Shown: positions 29,975 to 39,170, counted from the stretch's first letter. The stretch is DNA of 64,000 nt from Pseudomonadota bacterium (GCA_021799355.1 JAJZAQ010000009.1:7189-71188); one strand, 5' to 3'. Made by a program: numbers and translations. The notes: generated from the sequence alone by a model not told the origin.

Positions 29975-30250
29975 ATGACTGCATCCCTGATCGACCTGGT
30001 CGGCTACTGTGCCGCCGTGCTCACCACGGTGTCGTTCGTGCCGCAAGTCTGGCTGACGCTGCGCAGCCGCGACGTGTCGGGCATTTCGCTCGGCATGTAT
30101 TCGCTGTTCACCGCGGGGATTGCCCTGTGGCTGCTGTACGGGCTGCTGCAGCACAATCTGCCGATCGTCGCCGCCAACGCCATCACCCTGGTGCTGGCGC
30201 TGATCGTGCTGGTGATGCGGCTGCGGCTGCACAAGCCGCAGTCCCCCTAA
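29975..30250 (+). CDS. SemiSWEET / PQ-loop 3-TM transporter
   Basis: 91 aa with three hydrophobic helices. The PQ motif is in TM1 (FVPQVW). Confidence 0.7.
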   Translation: MTASLIDLVGYCAAVLTTVSFVPQVWLTLRSRDVSGISLGMYSLFTAGIALWLLYGLLQHNLPIVAANAITLVLALIVLVMRLRLHKPQSP

Positions 30251-30319
30251 AATCGGGCGCAAACACAGATCCAGGGCGACCGCGGTGCGGCGGTCCGCCT
30301 GGACGGAGGAGGCGAGCGC

Positions 30320-31027
30320 ATGCGTATCCTGATCGCGGAAGACGACCGAGTCCTGGCCGACGGCCTGCTGCGTTCGCTGCGTGCGTTGGGGTATGCCGTC
30401 GATCAGGTGGCCGACGGCAACAGCGCCGACGCCGCGTTGCAATCGACGGCCTTCGACCTGCTCATCCTCGACCTCGGCCTGCCGCGCCTGCCGGGGTTCG
30501 AGGTGCTGCGCCGTCTGCGCGCGCGCGGTGCCACCGTGCCCGTGCTCATCCTCACCGCCGCCGACAGCGTCGAAGACAAGGTGCGCGGCCTCGATCTGGG
30601 CGCCGACGACTACATGGCCAAGCCGTTTGCCCTGGCCGAGCTCGAAGCGCGGGTGCGCGCGCTGTCGCGCCGCGGCATGGGCGGGGCCACGGCCATCATC
30701 CAGCACGGGCCGTTGCAGTACGACATCAACGGTCGCATCGTCACCCTCGACGGCGCCGTGGTCGAACTCTCCGCGCGCGAGCTGACCCTGCTCGAAGTGC
30801 TGCTGCAGCGCGCCGGCAGGCTGGTGAGCAAGGATCAGCTCGTCGAGCACCTGTGCGTCTGGGGCGAGGAGGTGAGCACCAACGCCATCGAGGTGTACGT
30901 GCACCGCCTGCGCAAAAAAATCGAGGTCGGGCCGGTGCGCATCGCCACCGTGCGCGGTCTGGGTTACTGCCTGGAAAAGATCGCTCCGCCGGTGCCGGGC
31001 GCCGACGCCGCCAAGCCGCATGCCTGA
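30320..31027 (+). CDS. OmpR-family two-component response regulator
   Basis: GGAGGA Shine-Dalgarno. Receiver domain MRILIAEDD...DLLILDLGLP...DDYMAKPF, with a winged-helix C-terminus. Confidence 0.93.
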   Translation: MRILIAEDDRVLADGLLRSLRALGYAVDQVADGNSADAALQSTAFDLLILDLGLPRLPGFEVLRRLRARGATVPVLILTAADSVEDKVRGLDLGADDYMAKPFALAELEARVRALSRRGMGGATAIIQHGPLQYDINGRIVTLDGAVVELSARELTLLEVLLQRAGRLVSKDQLVEHLCVWGEEVSTNAIEVYVHRLRKKIEVGPVRIATVRGLGYCLEKIAPPVPGADAAKPHA

Positions 31028-32498
31028 ACGTGCCGCCGCGGACGCCGCCGCGCTGCCCCGGCGCAGTCGCTGGCGCCAGCCGCGTTCGCTGTTCGGCGAA
31101 ATCCTCGACTGGATGATCGCGCCGATGCTGCTGCTGTGGCCGCTGTCCATCGGCATCACCTATCTGGTGGCGCAGGCCATCGCCGCCAAACCCTACGACG
31201 CGGCGCTCGAACGGGCGCTGCAGCAACTCGGCGCGCAGATCCAGACCGCAGGGGTGCGCACCGCGGTGCAGTCGCCGCTGTGGCAGCAGACGTTGCGGCA
31301 GCCGCCGGTGGGCGGCATCGCCGGTTTTCAGGTGCGCAGCCGCGGCGGTGCGGTGCTCGCCGGCGATGCCCGACTGCCCGCTGCGGCGAGCCTGCCGCCG
31401 GCGCATGCGGGCGGGGCGTGGCAGGTGCAGTGGCGCGACGTCGACACCGCCGGCCAGGGCATGCGTCTGGCCAGCGTCTGGGTGTGGCCGGCGACGGCGT
31501 CTGCGCCGGTGCTGGTACAGGTGGCACAGGACACGCAGGCGCGCACCCGGCTGGCGCGCGACATCGTGCAGGGGGTGATCCTGCCGCAGTTCGTCGTCGT
31601 GCCGATTTTCATTCTGCTGGTGTGGTTCGGTCTGGGGCAGGGGCTGGCGCCGCTCAACGAGTTGCAGGCGCGGATCCGCCGCCGCCGGGCCGACGACATC
31701 AGCCCGATCGACGAGCGCGAGGCGCCGGAAGAAATCGCCCCGCTGGTCGACTCGATCAACAGCCTGCTGGCGCGGCTGCGGCAGTTGCTGCAGGCGCAAA
31801 AGCGCTTCGTCGCCGACGCCGCGCACCAGATCAAAACGCCGCTGGCCGGGCTGCGCATGCAGGCCGAGCTCGCGCAGCGGCAGACCGATCCGCAGGAGCT
31901 GCGCGCCAGTCTGCGGCAAATCGGCAAAAGCGTGGAGCGCACCACGCGGCTGGTCAACCAGTTGCTCGCGCTCACCCGGGCGGAAAACCAGGGCGGCGCG
32001 GCGCGCGCGGTGTTCGAGACCATCGACCTGCGCCAGCCGGCGACCGAGGCGATGCAGGAGCTGGCACCGCTGGCGCTGGACAAGGGGCTGGAGGTCGAAT
32101 TCGACAGCCCGCAGACGCCGCTGCAGATGCACGGCAACGCGCTGCTGCTGCACGAGCTGGTGAAAAACCTGCTGCACAACGCCATCACCTACACCCCGTC
32201 GGGCGGCAGTGTCAGCCTGCGGCTGCGCGCCGCCGGCCCCGAGGCCACGACCGGCGCGCGCGCCACGGTGGTGCTGCAGGTCGACGACACCGGCCCGGGC
32301 ATTCCGCAGGCCGAGCGCGCCCTGGTGTTCGAGCCGTTTTACCGCATCCTCGACAACGGCAGCGAGGGCAGTGGGCTTGGCTTGGCGATTGTGCGTGAAA
32401 TCGCCCGGCAGCACGCGGCCAGCATCACGCTCAGCGATCTGTCACCCGGCGCGGTGGCGCCGGGGTTGCGCGTGCAGGTGGTGTTTCCCGCGGCGTGA
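31020..32498 (+). CDS. sensor histidine kinase (QseC/TctE-like)
   Basis: Two TM helices and H-box FVADAAHQIKTPL. N/G boxes LLHNAITYTP and DDTGPGIP...GSGLGLAIV. Overlaps the response-regulator gene by 8 nt. Confidence 0.9.
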   Translation: MPERAAADAAALPRRSRWRQPRSLFGEILDWMIAPMLLLWPLSIGITYLVAQAIAAKPYDAALERALQQLGAQIQTAGVRTAVQSPLWQQTLRQPPVGGIAGFQVRSRGGAVLAGDARLPAAASLPPAHAGGAWQVQWRDVDTAGQGMRLASVWVWPATASAPVLVQVAQDTQARTRLARDIVQGVILPQFVVVPIFILLVWFGLGQGLAPLNELQARIRRRRADDISPIDEREAPEEIAPLVDSINSLLARLRQLLQAQKRFVADAAHQIKTPLAGLRMQAELAQRQTDPQELRASLRQIGKSVERTTRLVNQLLALTRAENQGGAARAVFETIDLRQPATEAMQELAPLALDKGLEVEFDSPQTPLQMHGNALLLHELVKNLLHNAITYTPSGGSVSLRLRAAGPEATTGARATVVLQVDDTGPGIPQAERALVFEPFYRILDNGSEGSGLGLAIVREIARQHAASITLSDLSPGAVAPGLRVQVVFPAA

Positions 32499-32530
32499 GC
32501 GTGCACACCGTCCGGGCAGGGGGCAGGGGG

Positions 32531-32812
32531 TCAGTCGGCGGTTTCGCCGCACTGCTTTTTGAGCTGGCCGAGCTGGCCGTAGGTGATCGGCTTGCCGCCG
32601 GCGGCAAGCGCCTTCAGTCCGGCGTGCATGCACGGGCTGTCGTCGGCGAGCTGCAGCTGCGCCGCGTCCACCGGCTCGTTGACCAGGCGCTGGCGCAGCA
32701 GCCAGAAAATGGCCGCGAGGACGGCGATGCCGATGAGCACACCCAGCAAACCGCTGAGTTGCACGCGCCAGCCGCTGGGCCGGCGGGAAGGGGGGGAGGA
32801 GGTGTCGGTCAT
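32531..32812 (-). CDS. small single-pass membrane protein, hypothetical
   Basis: 93 aa with one TM helix (LSGLLGVLIGIAVLAAIFWLL) and two Cys in the tail. ATG overlaps the stop of the upstream PEBP gene. Confidence 0.45.
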   Translation of the reverse strand: MTDTSSPPSRRPSGWRVQLSGLLGVLIGIAVLAAIFWLLRQRLVNEPVDAAQLQLADDSPCMHAGLKALAAGGKPITYGQLGQLKKQCGETAD

Positions 32813-33441
32813 GCGGTGCGCAGCGCCGGGTTGAGGGTGTAAGTGCCGGTCAGACTGGCCTGCGCCAGCACATGTCCGGCCAGCGCCTGGAGCAGCTGCG
32901 CGCCGTTGAACGCGCCGTCCACCGGGCAGCGTGCCACGTCCAGCGCATACAGCGTGAACACATAATGGTGCACCCGGCTGTCGTTCCACGGCGGGCAGGG
33001 ACCGTCGTAGCCGAAGTACTGCCCGGCCATGTCCTGATCACCGGCGAACCAGGCGGTGTAGTCGTTCACCCCCTGTCGCATGCCGCCGCTGCAGTCTGGC
33101 CCGGGTTTGCCGCGCGGCGTGACCTCGTGGCTGAACTCTTTTTCAGCGATCTGGCTGCGCGTGGGCGGGATGTCGACGAGCAGCCAGTGGTAGAAGCTCA
33201 CCCGCGGCAGGTCGGCGGGAACGACGTGGCCTTCGAGGTTGACGTCATCGGCGCGGCTGGGCACGTCCGGATCGTGGCAGACGAGCGCCAGGCTTCGCGT
33301 GCCTGCGGGCACGTCGCTCCAGACCAGCGGCGGGTTGAAGTTCTGCGACAGGGCCACATGGCCGACGACGGCAGGCTTGCAGAAGGCGTACTGCGGCGGA
33401 ATCGGTTGGCCGTCGGCAAAGGCGGGGCTGGTGAGTTGCAT
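32809..33441 (-). CDS. YbhB/YbcL (PEBP / Raf-kinase-inhibitor-like) family protein
   Basis: Contains LALVCHDPDVP and HHYVFTLYALD. Confidence 0.85.
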   Translation of the reverse strand: MQLTSPAFADGQPIPPQYAFCKPAVVGHVALSQNFNPPLVWSDVPAGTRSLALVCHDPDVPSRADDVNLEGHVVPADLPRVSFYHWLLVDIPPTRSQIAEKEFSHEVTPRGKPGPDCSGGMRQGVNDYTAWFAGDQDMAGQYFGYDGPCPPWNDSRVHHYVFTLYALDVARCPVDGAFNGAQLLQALAGHVLAQASLTGTYTLNPALRTA

Positions 33442-33459
33442 CGTTGTCTCCGTTTCACA

Positions 33460-34404
33460 TCAATGCGGCGTGGGTTGGGCGGGGGGTGGCGGGCAGTTCT
33501 GCTCGCCCTGCGCTGCGCCCTGGCGCTCATTTTGCTCTTGCAGGGTTTCCTGCGCTGAGGTGAGCATTTCGATGGTGACGATCATTCCCGGATGCGCCTC
33601 GATCAGCGCTTTTTCCACCGCGTAGCGGCAGTTGGCTGCGCGTTGCAGCGTCCAGTGCCCGGGCATGTGCAGGTGCATCGACACGAACCGCCGCGTGCCC
33701 GCCACGCGGGTGCGGACGTGGTCGAAACGCATGTCGCTGGAGCGGAAACGGTCGAGAATGGCTTGCAGATCGGCCAGATCGGCGGCGGACATCGCCTTGT
33801 CCATCAACCCGTCGACCGAGCGTTTGACCAGCGAAAACGCCTCGGTGAGGATGTGCAGCGCGACGACGATGCCGATCACCGGATCGAGCCAGAGCCAGCC
33901 GGTGACCGGCACCAGCAGCACGCCGATGATCACGCCCACGGAAGTCCAGACGTCGGCCAGGAGATGACGGGCGTCGGCCTCGATGACGATGGAGCGCAGC
34001 CGCCGGGCGCCGCGCAGCATCCACAGCGCCACGCCGAGGTTGACGGCGGTGGCCAGCGCCGAAATCGCCGCGCCCAGCGGCACGGCGCCGATCGGCTCGG
34101 GATGCGTCAGCCGCTGGCCGGCCTCGGCGAGGATGAGCAGCGCGGCCACGGCGATGAGCAGCCCCTCGACCCCGCTGGAGAAGTATTCGGCCTTGGTGTG
34201 GCCGAAAGGATGGTCGGCGTCGGGCGGGGCTTCGGCGATGCGCACGATGAACAGCGCGAACGCCGCCGCGGCGACGTTGACGATCGACTCCATCGCATCG
34301 GACAAAAACCCCACCGAACCGGTGACTTTCCACGCCAGGAGCTTGAGAACGATGACGACGACTGCGGCCAGCAGCGACGCGCGAAGGTAGGTTCTGGCTT
34401 GCAT
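33460..34404 (-). CDS. cation diffusion facilitator (CDF) family metal efflux transporter
   Basis: Six TM helices. Contains SDAMESIVN...HPFGH...HLLADVWTSVGV and a C-terminal cytoplasmic domain. Start taken at ATG 34404. Confidence 0.9.
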   Translation of the reverse strand: MQARTYLRASLLAAVVVIVLKLLAWKVTGSVGFLSDAMESIVNVAAAAFALFIVRIAEAPPDADHPFGHTKAEYFSSGVEGLLIAVAALLILAEAGQRLTHPEPIGAVPLGAAISALATAVNLGVALWMLRGARRLRSIVIEADARHLLADVWTSVGVIIGVLLVPVTGWLWLDPVIGIVVALHILTEAFSLVKRSVDGLMDKAMSAADLADLQAILDRFRSSDMRFDHVRTRVAGTRRFVSMHLHMPGHWTLQRAANCRYAVEKALIEAHPGMIVTIEMLTSAQETLQEQNERQGAAQGEQNCPPPPAQPTPH

Positions 34405-34533
34405 GGCTGCAATTGTGCACGCGCCGCGTGACAGGCAGTGCGCTGTGCGCGGCGTGTCCTGCTGTGTCACCTGGTCTGGTTAGACTAGGGCGGTCGACCT
34501 CCCGCCGCTGTCTGCCACCGTATTGCTTTGCCC

Positions 34534-36246
34534 ATGGCCCTGAACTTCCGCCCGCCGCCGCTGCCGGTGCCGAACCGGCGTGATCTGATCGCCCTGCCGC
34601 TGATCATCGCGCTGTTTTTCATCGTTGCGCACGCCGGGCGTGAAATGGCGGTGCCGTTCCACCTCGGCCAGACGCTGGACATTTCGCTGTCCCCGGCGGT
34701 GCTGCCCGAGTACGGGCTGTACACCGTGCTGCGCATGCTCGCGGCGCTGGCGGTGTCGTTCGTCTTCACCCTGGGCTACGCCTGGCTGGCGGCGCACAAC
34801 CGCTACGCCGAGCGCATCCTCATCCCGGCGCTGGACGTGCTGCAGTCGGTGCCGATCCTGGGTTATCTGTCGATCACCGTCACCGGCTTCATGGCGCTGT
34901 TTCCCGGCAGCCTGGCCGGGGTGCAGCTGGCGGTGATTTTTGCCGTATTCACCTCGCAGGCGTGGAATATGACGTTCAGCCTGTACCAGTCGCTCAAGAC
35001 GGTGCCGCGTGACCTGCAGGAAGCCGCCACGCTGTACCGCCTCAACGCCTGGCAACGGTTCTGGAAGGTCGAGCTGCCCTTTGCCATGCCCGGGCTGCTG
35101 TGGAACACCATGATGTCGATGTCGGGCGGCTGGTTTTTCGTCGTCGCCTCCGAAGCCATCACCGTGTCGAACCAGACGGTGATGGTGCCGGGCATCGGCT
35201 CGTACATCGCCACGGCGATCGCGCAGAAAGACCTGCCGGCCATCGGCTGGGCGATCGTCGCCATGATCGTCATCATCCTGCTCTACGACACGCTGCTGTT
35301 CCGCCCCATCGTCGCCTGGGCGGACAAGTTCAAGTTCGAGATGACCGCCGCCGGCGACGCGCCGCGCTCGGCGGTGCTGGATTTTCTGCGCCGTACCCGC
35401 GTGCTCCGGCTGCTGGCGGTGATCCCCAGCCTGCTGTGGCAAGCCAGCGTGCGGCTGACGCCGCGGGTGCCGCTGCGCGCCGCCGCGCCCGCATCGCGCC
35501 GCCGCTGGGCCGACGGGGTGTTTTACGCCATCGTCGCCGTGTTCGCCGTGTGGGCGCTGGCGCGGCTGCTGCAGGTGCTGCCGCGCGATTTCGGCTGGCC
35601 GATGGTCGGCCATGTCATTCTGCTGGGGCTGATCACCGGCTTCAAGGTGTTCGTGCTGGTGGCGCTGTCGGCGCTGGTGTGGGTGCCGGTGGGGGTGTGG
35701 ATCGGACTGCGGCCACGCTGGGCGCAAAAAGTGCAGCCGCTGGCGCAGTTTCTCGCCGCATTCCCGGCCAATCTGCTGTTCCCGCTGTTCGTCGTCGCCA
35801 TCGTCCACTGGCACCTCAATGTCGATGTGTGGACCGCGCCGCTGATGATCCTGGGCAGCATGTGGTACATCCTGTTTTCCGTGGTCGGTGCCGCCTCGGC
35901 GATTCCGACGGACATGCGTGAGGCGGCGCAAAACCTTGGCCTGCGCGGCTGGCTGCTGTGGAAGCGGCTGTACCTGCCGGGCATTTTTCCGGGTTTCGTC
36001 ACCGGCGCGATCACCGCCAGCGGCGGGGCGTGGAACGCCAGCATCGTCGCCGAGGTGGTGAGCTGGGGGGACAAAACGCTGGTGGCCACCGGGCTGGGCG
36101 CCTACATCAGTCAGACCACGGCACAGGGCAAGACCGCGCAAATCGCACTCGGCGTGGGCGTGATGTCGCTGCTGGTGATCCTGACCAACCGCCTGTTCTG
36201 GCACCGGCTGTACGACCTGGCGCAGCGCCGCGTGCGGCTGGATTGA
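34534..36246 (+). CDS. ABC transporter permease, fused double domain (NitT/TauT-like)
   Basis: About 570 aa with two EAA-loop regions: EAATLYRLNAWQRFWKVELPFAMPG and EAAQNLGLRGWLLWKRLYLPGIFPG. Confidence 0.88.
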   Translation: MALNFRPPPLPVPNRRDLIALPLIIALFFIVAHAGREMAVPFHLGQTLDISLSPAVLPEYGLYTVLRMLAALAVSFVFTLGYAWLAAHNRYAERILIPALDVLQSVPILGYLSITVTGFMALFPGSLAGVQLAVIFAVFTSQAWNMTFSLYQSLKTVPRDLQEAATLYRLNAWQRFWKVELPFAMPGLLWNTMMSMSGGWFFVVASEAITVSNQTVMVPGIGSYIATAIAQKDLPAIGWAIVAMIVIILLYDTLLFRPIVAWADKFKFEMTAAGDAPRSAVLDFLRRTRVLRLLAVIPSLLWQASVRLTPRVPLRAAAPASRRRWADGVFYAIVAVFAVWALARLLQVLPRDFGWPMVGHVILLGLITGFKVFVLVALSALVWVPVGVWIGLRPRWAQKVQPLAQFLAAFPANLLFPLFVVAIVHWHLNVDVWTAPLMILGSMWYILFSVVGAASAIPTDMREAAQNLGLRGWLLWKRLYLPGIFPGFVTGAITASGGAWNASIVAEVVSWGDKTLVATGLGAYISQTTAQGKTAQIALGVGVMSLLVILTNRLFWHRLYDLAQRRVRLD

Positions 36247-36269
36247 GTCGATTGAAGGAGGAAGCTGGC

Positions 36270-37622
36270 ATGGCCGCGATCCAACAGCCCGCCCCGGCAA
36301 ACGCCGCTGCGGCGCCGCGGGTGGAGATTTTCCGCACCGAGCACCTGCGCAAATCGTTCCGCACGCCCGACGGCGCCGAACTGCTGGTGCTCGACGACGT
36401 CAACATGCACCTGCTCGAAGGCGAGATCCTGGTGCTGCTGGGCCGCTCGGGTTCGGGCAAGTCCACGCTGCTGCGCATGCTCGCCGGGCTGGTGCCCAAA
36501 TCGGGCGGTGTGGCGCTGCACCGCGGCCAGCCGATCAACGGGCCGGTGCCGGGGCTGGCGATGGTATTCCAGAGCTTTGCCCTGCTGCCCTGGCTGACGG
36601 TGCTGCAAAACGTCGAACTTGGTCTGGAGGCGCTCAAGGTGCCGCCTGCCGAGCGGCGCGCCCGCGCCATTGCCGCCATCGACCTCATCGGCCTGGATGG
36701 TTTCGAATCGGCCTACCCGCGCGAACTCTCCGGCGGCATGCGTCAGCGTGTCGGCTTCGCCCGTGCACTGGTCATCAACCCCGACGTGCTGCTGATGGAC
36801 GAACCGTTCTCCGCGCTGGACGTGCTCACCGCCGAAACCATGCGCACCGACCTGCTCGACCTGTGGACCGAGCGCAAAATCCCCACGCGGGGCATTTTGC
36901 TGGTGTCGCACAACATCGAGGAAGCGGTGCTGATGGCCGACCGCATCATCATCCTGGGCTCCAATCCGGGGCGCATCATCAACGAAATGCGCATCCACCT
37001 GCCGCACCCGCGCAACCGCGAGTCGCAGGAGTTCCGCGATCTGGTCGAAGTGATTTACGGCGCGATGACCGCCCGTCCGGGCGGGCGCGACGCCGCGCGC
37101 CGGCAGGTGCCGGGAATCGGGTTGCGGCTGCCGTCGCTGTCGGTCAACGCGCTGGCCGGTCTGCTCGAAGAACTCGACGCGCTGGAAAAAAACACCGCCA
37201 ACACCCGCATCAGCCTGCCCGAGCTCGCCGAGGACATGCGCTTTTCGGTCGACGACCTGTTCCCACTGATCGAGGGCGCCGAGTTGCTCGGCTTTGCCCA
37301 GGTCGAAGACGGCGACATCATGCTGCTGCCGGCAGGACGCACCTTCGTCGATGGCAGCCTGCAGGAGCGCAAGCAGATTTTTGCCCGTCACCTGCTCGAC
37401 CGTGTGCCGCTGGTGGCGCGCATCCGTAGCGTGCTCGACGAGCGTTTCAACCACCGCGCCCCCGACTCGCGTTTCCTCACCGAACTCGAAGACCACCTGA
37501 GCGAAGACGAGGCGCGGCGTGTGCTCGACACCGCGATCGACTGGGGACGCTACGCCGAAATCTACGCGTATGACGACAACGCCGAGGTGTTCAGCCTCGA
37601 CAACCCGCAGGCCGAAGCGTGA
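36270..37622 (+). CDS. ABC transporter ATP-binding protein with about 190-aa C-terminal extension
   Basis: AAGGAGGA Shine-Dalgarno. Walker A GRSGSGKST, signature LSGGMRQR, Walker B LLMDEPFSALD. An extra C-terminal domain starts at about residue 260. Confidence 0.9.
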   Translation: MAAIQQPAPANAAAAPRVEIFRTEHLRKSFRTPDGAELLVLDDVNMHLLEGEILVLLGRSGSGKSTLLRMLAGLVPKSGGVALHRGQPINGPVPGLAMVFQSFALLPWLTVLQNVELGLEALKVPPAERRARAIAAIDLIGLDGFESAYPRELSGGMRQRVGFARALVINPDVLLMDEPFSALDVLTAETMRTDLLDLWTERKIPTRGILLVSHNIEEAVLMADRIIILGSNPGRIINEMRIHLPHPRNRESQEFRDLVEVIYGAMTARPGGRDAARRQVPGIGLRLPSLSVNALAGLLEELDALEKNTANTRISLPELAEDMRFSVDDLFPLIEGAELLGFAQVEDGDIMLLPAGRTFVDGSLQERKQIFARHLLDRVPLVARIRSVLDERFNHRAPDSRFLTELEDHLSEDEARRVLDTAIDWGRYAEIYAYDDNAEVFSLDNPQAEA

Positions 37623-37660
37623 CCCGGCCCGCGGCGGCACCGCGGCGTGACGGCAACGGC

Positions 37661-37681
37661 ATGACAGGATTATTCTGTCAT
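37661..37681. promoter_or_regulatory. inverted repeat between the ABC ATPase and the glycosyltransferase gene
   Basis: ATGACAG-gattatt-CTGTCAT with perfect 7-bp arms, about 45 nt upstream of ATG 37727. It could be either an operator or a weak hairpin. Confidence 0.3.
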
Positions 37682-37726
37682 GCACGCGCAAAACGCGGCC
37701 GGTGCCGCGGTCAGGCAGGGCTGAGG

Positions 37727-38905
37727 ATGAAAACCGTCGATTTGATTTATTTCAACGCGGGCGGAGGCCATCGCGCTTCGGCGCTGGCGCTGCAGCAAAG
37801 CATCGAGCAGGCAGGCCTGCCGTGGCAGGTGCGGCTGGTCAACCTCACCGAGGTGCTCGATCCGCAGGGCACGCTGCGCAAATACACGTTTTCGCCGGAA
37901 GAGTATTACAACGCCCGGCTGGCCCGCGGGCTGACCATCGGCCTGCGCCATGAGCTCAAGCTGTTGCAGGGCGCGCTGCGACTGCTGCATCCCACCCTGC
38001 TGAAAATCCTCAGGCTGCACTGGCTGCGCACCGAGCCCGATCTGGTGGTGTCGCTCATCCCCAACTTCAACCGGGCGCTGTACGAAAGCCTGGTGGCGAC
38101 GCTGCCCGGGGTGCCTTACGTCACGCTGCTGACCGATCTGGCCGATTTCCCGCCGCATTTCTGGATGGAGCCGGGGCAAGACCAGCACCTGATCTGCGGC
38201 ACGCCGCGGGCGGTGCAGCAGGCGCTGGATGCCGGTTTTCCCGCCGACAAGGTGCACGCCACGTCGGGAATGATCATCCGCCCGGACTTTTACCTCACCC
38301 CGGCAGACTTCGACCGCGACGCGCGCCTGCGCGAGCTGGGATTCGACCCGCAGCGTGCCGTCGGTGTGGTGTCGTTCGGCGGGCATGGCTCGCGCAGCAT
38401 GCTCACCATCGCCGAACGTCTGCCCGACGTGCAGCTCATTCTGCTTTGCGGCCACAATGTGCGGCTGGCCGACAAATTGCGCGCCCTGCCGGCGACGGCG
38501 CCACGGCACGTCATGGGATTCACCAGCGCGGTGGCCGAGGTGATGCGGCTGGGCGACTTTTTCGTCGGCAAACCGGGGCCCGGCTCGCTGAGCGAAGCGC
38601 TGCATCTGGGGCTGCCGGTGATCGTCACGCGCAACGCCTGGACCATGCCGCAGGAGCGCTACAACACCGACTGGGTGCGCGACAACGGTTACGGTCTGGT
38701 GCTGCCGAGTTTTCGCACCATCGGCACGGCGCTACCCGGGTTCGTGCGCGCCCTGCCGCAGTACCGCGCACGGGTGGCGGCGTACCGCAACCGGGCCGTG
38801 TTCGAGGTGCCGCACATCCTCGACGACATTCTGCATGCGGCGCAACGCGTCGATGCCGCGGCCGGCACGATGCTCAGCCGCCACCTCGCTGCAGATGCGA
38901 AGTGA
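37727..38905 (+). CDS. glycosyltransferase, MGDG-synthase-like (GT28-type)
   Basis: N-terminus MKTVDLIYFNAGGGHRASALAL. The C-terminal GKPGPGSLSEAL segment is typical of the MurG/MGDG-synthase fold. Confidence 0.7.
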   Translation: MKTVDLIYFNAGGGHRASALALQQSIEQAGLPWQVRLVNLTEVLDPQGTLRKYTFSPEEYYNARLARGLTIGLRHELKLLQGALRLLHPTLLKILRLHWLRTEPDLVVSLIPNFNRALYESLVATLPGVPYVTLLTDLADFPPHFWMEPGQDQHLICGTPRAVQQALDAGFPADKVHATSGMIIRPDFYLTPADFDRDARLRELGFDPQRAVGVVSFGGHGSRSMLTIAERLPDVQLILLCGHNVRLADKLRALPATAPRHVMGFTSAVAEVMRLGDFFVGKPGPGSLSEALHLGLPVIVTRNAWTMPQERYNTDWVRDNGYGLVLPSFRTIGTALPGFVRALPQYRARVAAYRNRAVFEVPHILDDILHAAQRVDAAAGTMLSRHLAADAK

Positions 38906-39170
38906 AGCGCTGCCACCAGCGCTGGCGTGCCGGCTCTGCGGCGTGCAGCGCGACTTCCGCCGTCCAGCGTTCGAGCGCCAGGCTGCCCAGACGCGTCGGC
39001 GCTGCCGGCAGCAGCCGCACCCTCCAGGTGCAGCCGTCGTCGTTGCCGCAAAAACAATCCATACCGCAGCGCTGCATGCCGCCGAACGCGGTTTGCAACT
39101 GGCGGGCGAACTCTTCGCGCGTGAGCGTCATCTCCAGCCGCGCGCTCGGCGGAGCGCCGGAGATGAACAT
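38874..39170 (-). CDS. small hypothetical protein, last gene of the aor operon
   Basis: 98 aa with high GC3. Cys cluster CGMDCFCGNDDGC, and the protein ends RGGG. Its ATG shares one base with the MoaD-like stop. Its 3' end overlaps the convergent glycosyltransferase gene by 32 nt. Confidence 0.45.
   Translation of the reverse strand: MFISGAPPSARLEMTLTREEFARQLQTAFGGMQRCGMDCFCGNDDGCTWRVRLLPAAPTRLGSLALERWTAEVALHAAEPARQRWWQRFTSHLQRGGG

Noticed and set aside
36699-36709. GGTTTCGAATC, a tRNA T-arm-like string.
   Set aside because: It lies in-frame inside the ABC ATPase gene, and no acceptor, D-arm or anticodon-arm complementarity surrounds it. I found no tRNA anywhere in the window.
37661-37681. 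Canonical Pho box.
   Set aside because: The two CTGTCAT heptamers are inverted with a 7-nt spacer. A canonical Pho box has direct repeats with a 4-nt spacer. I report it only as an inverted repeat of uncertain role.
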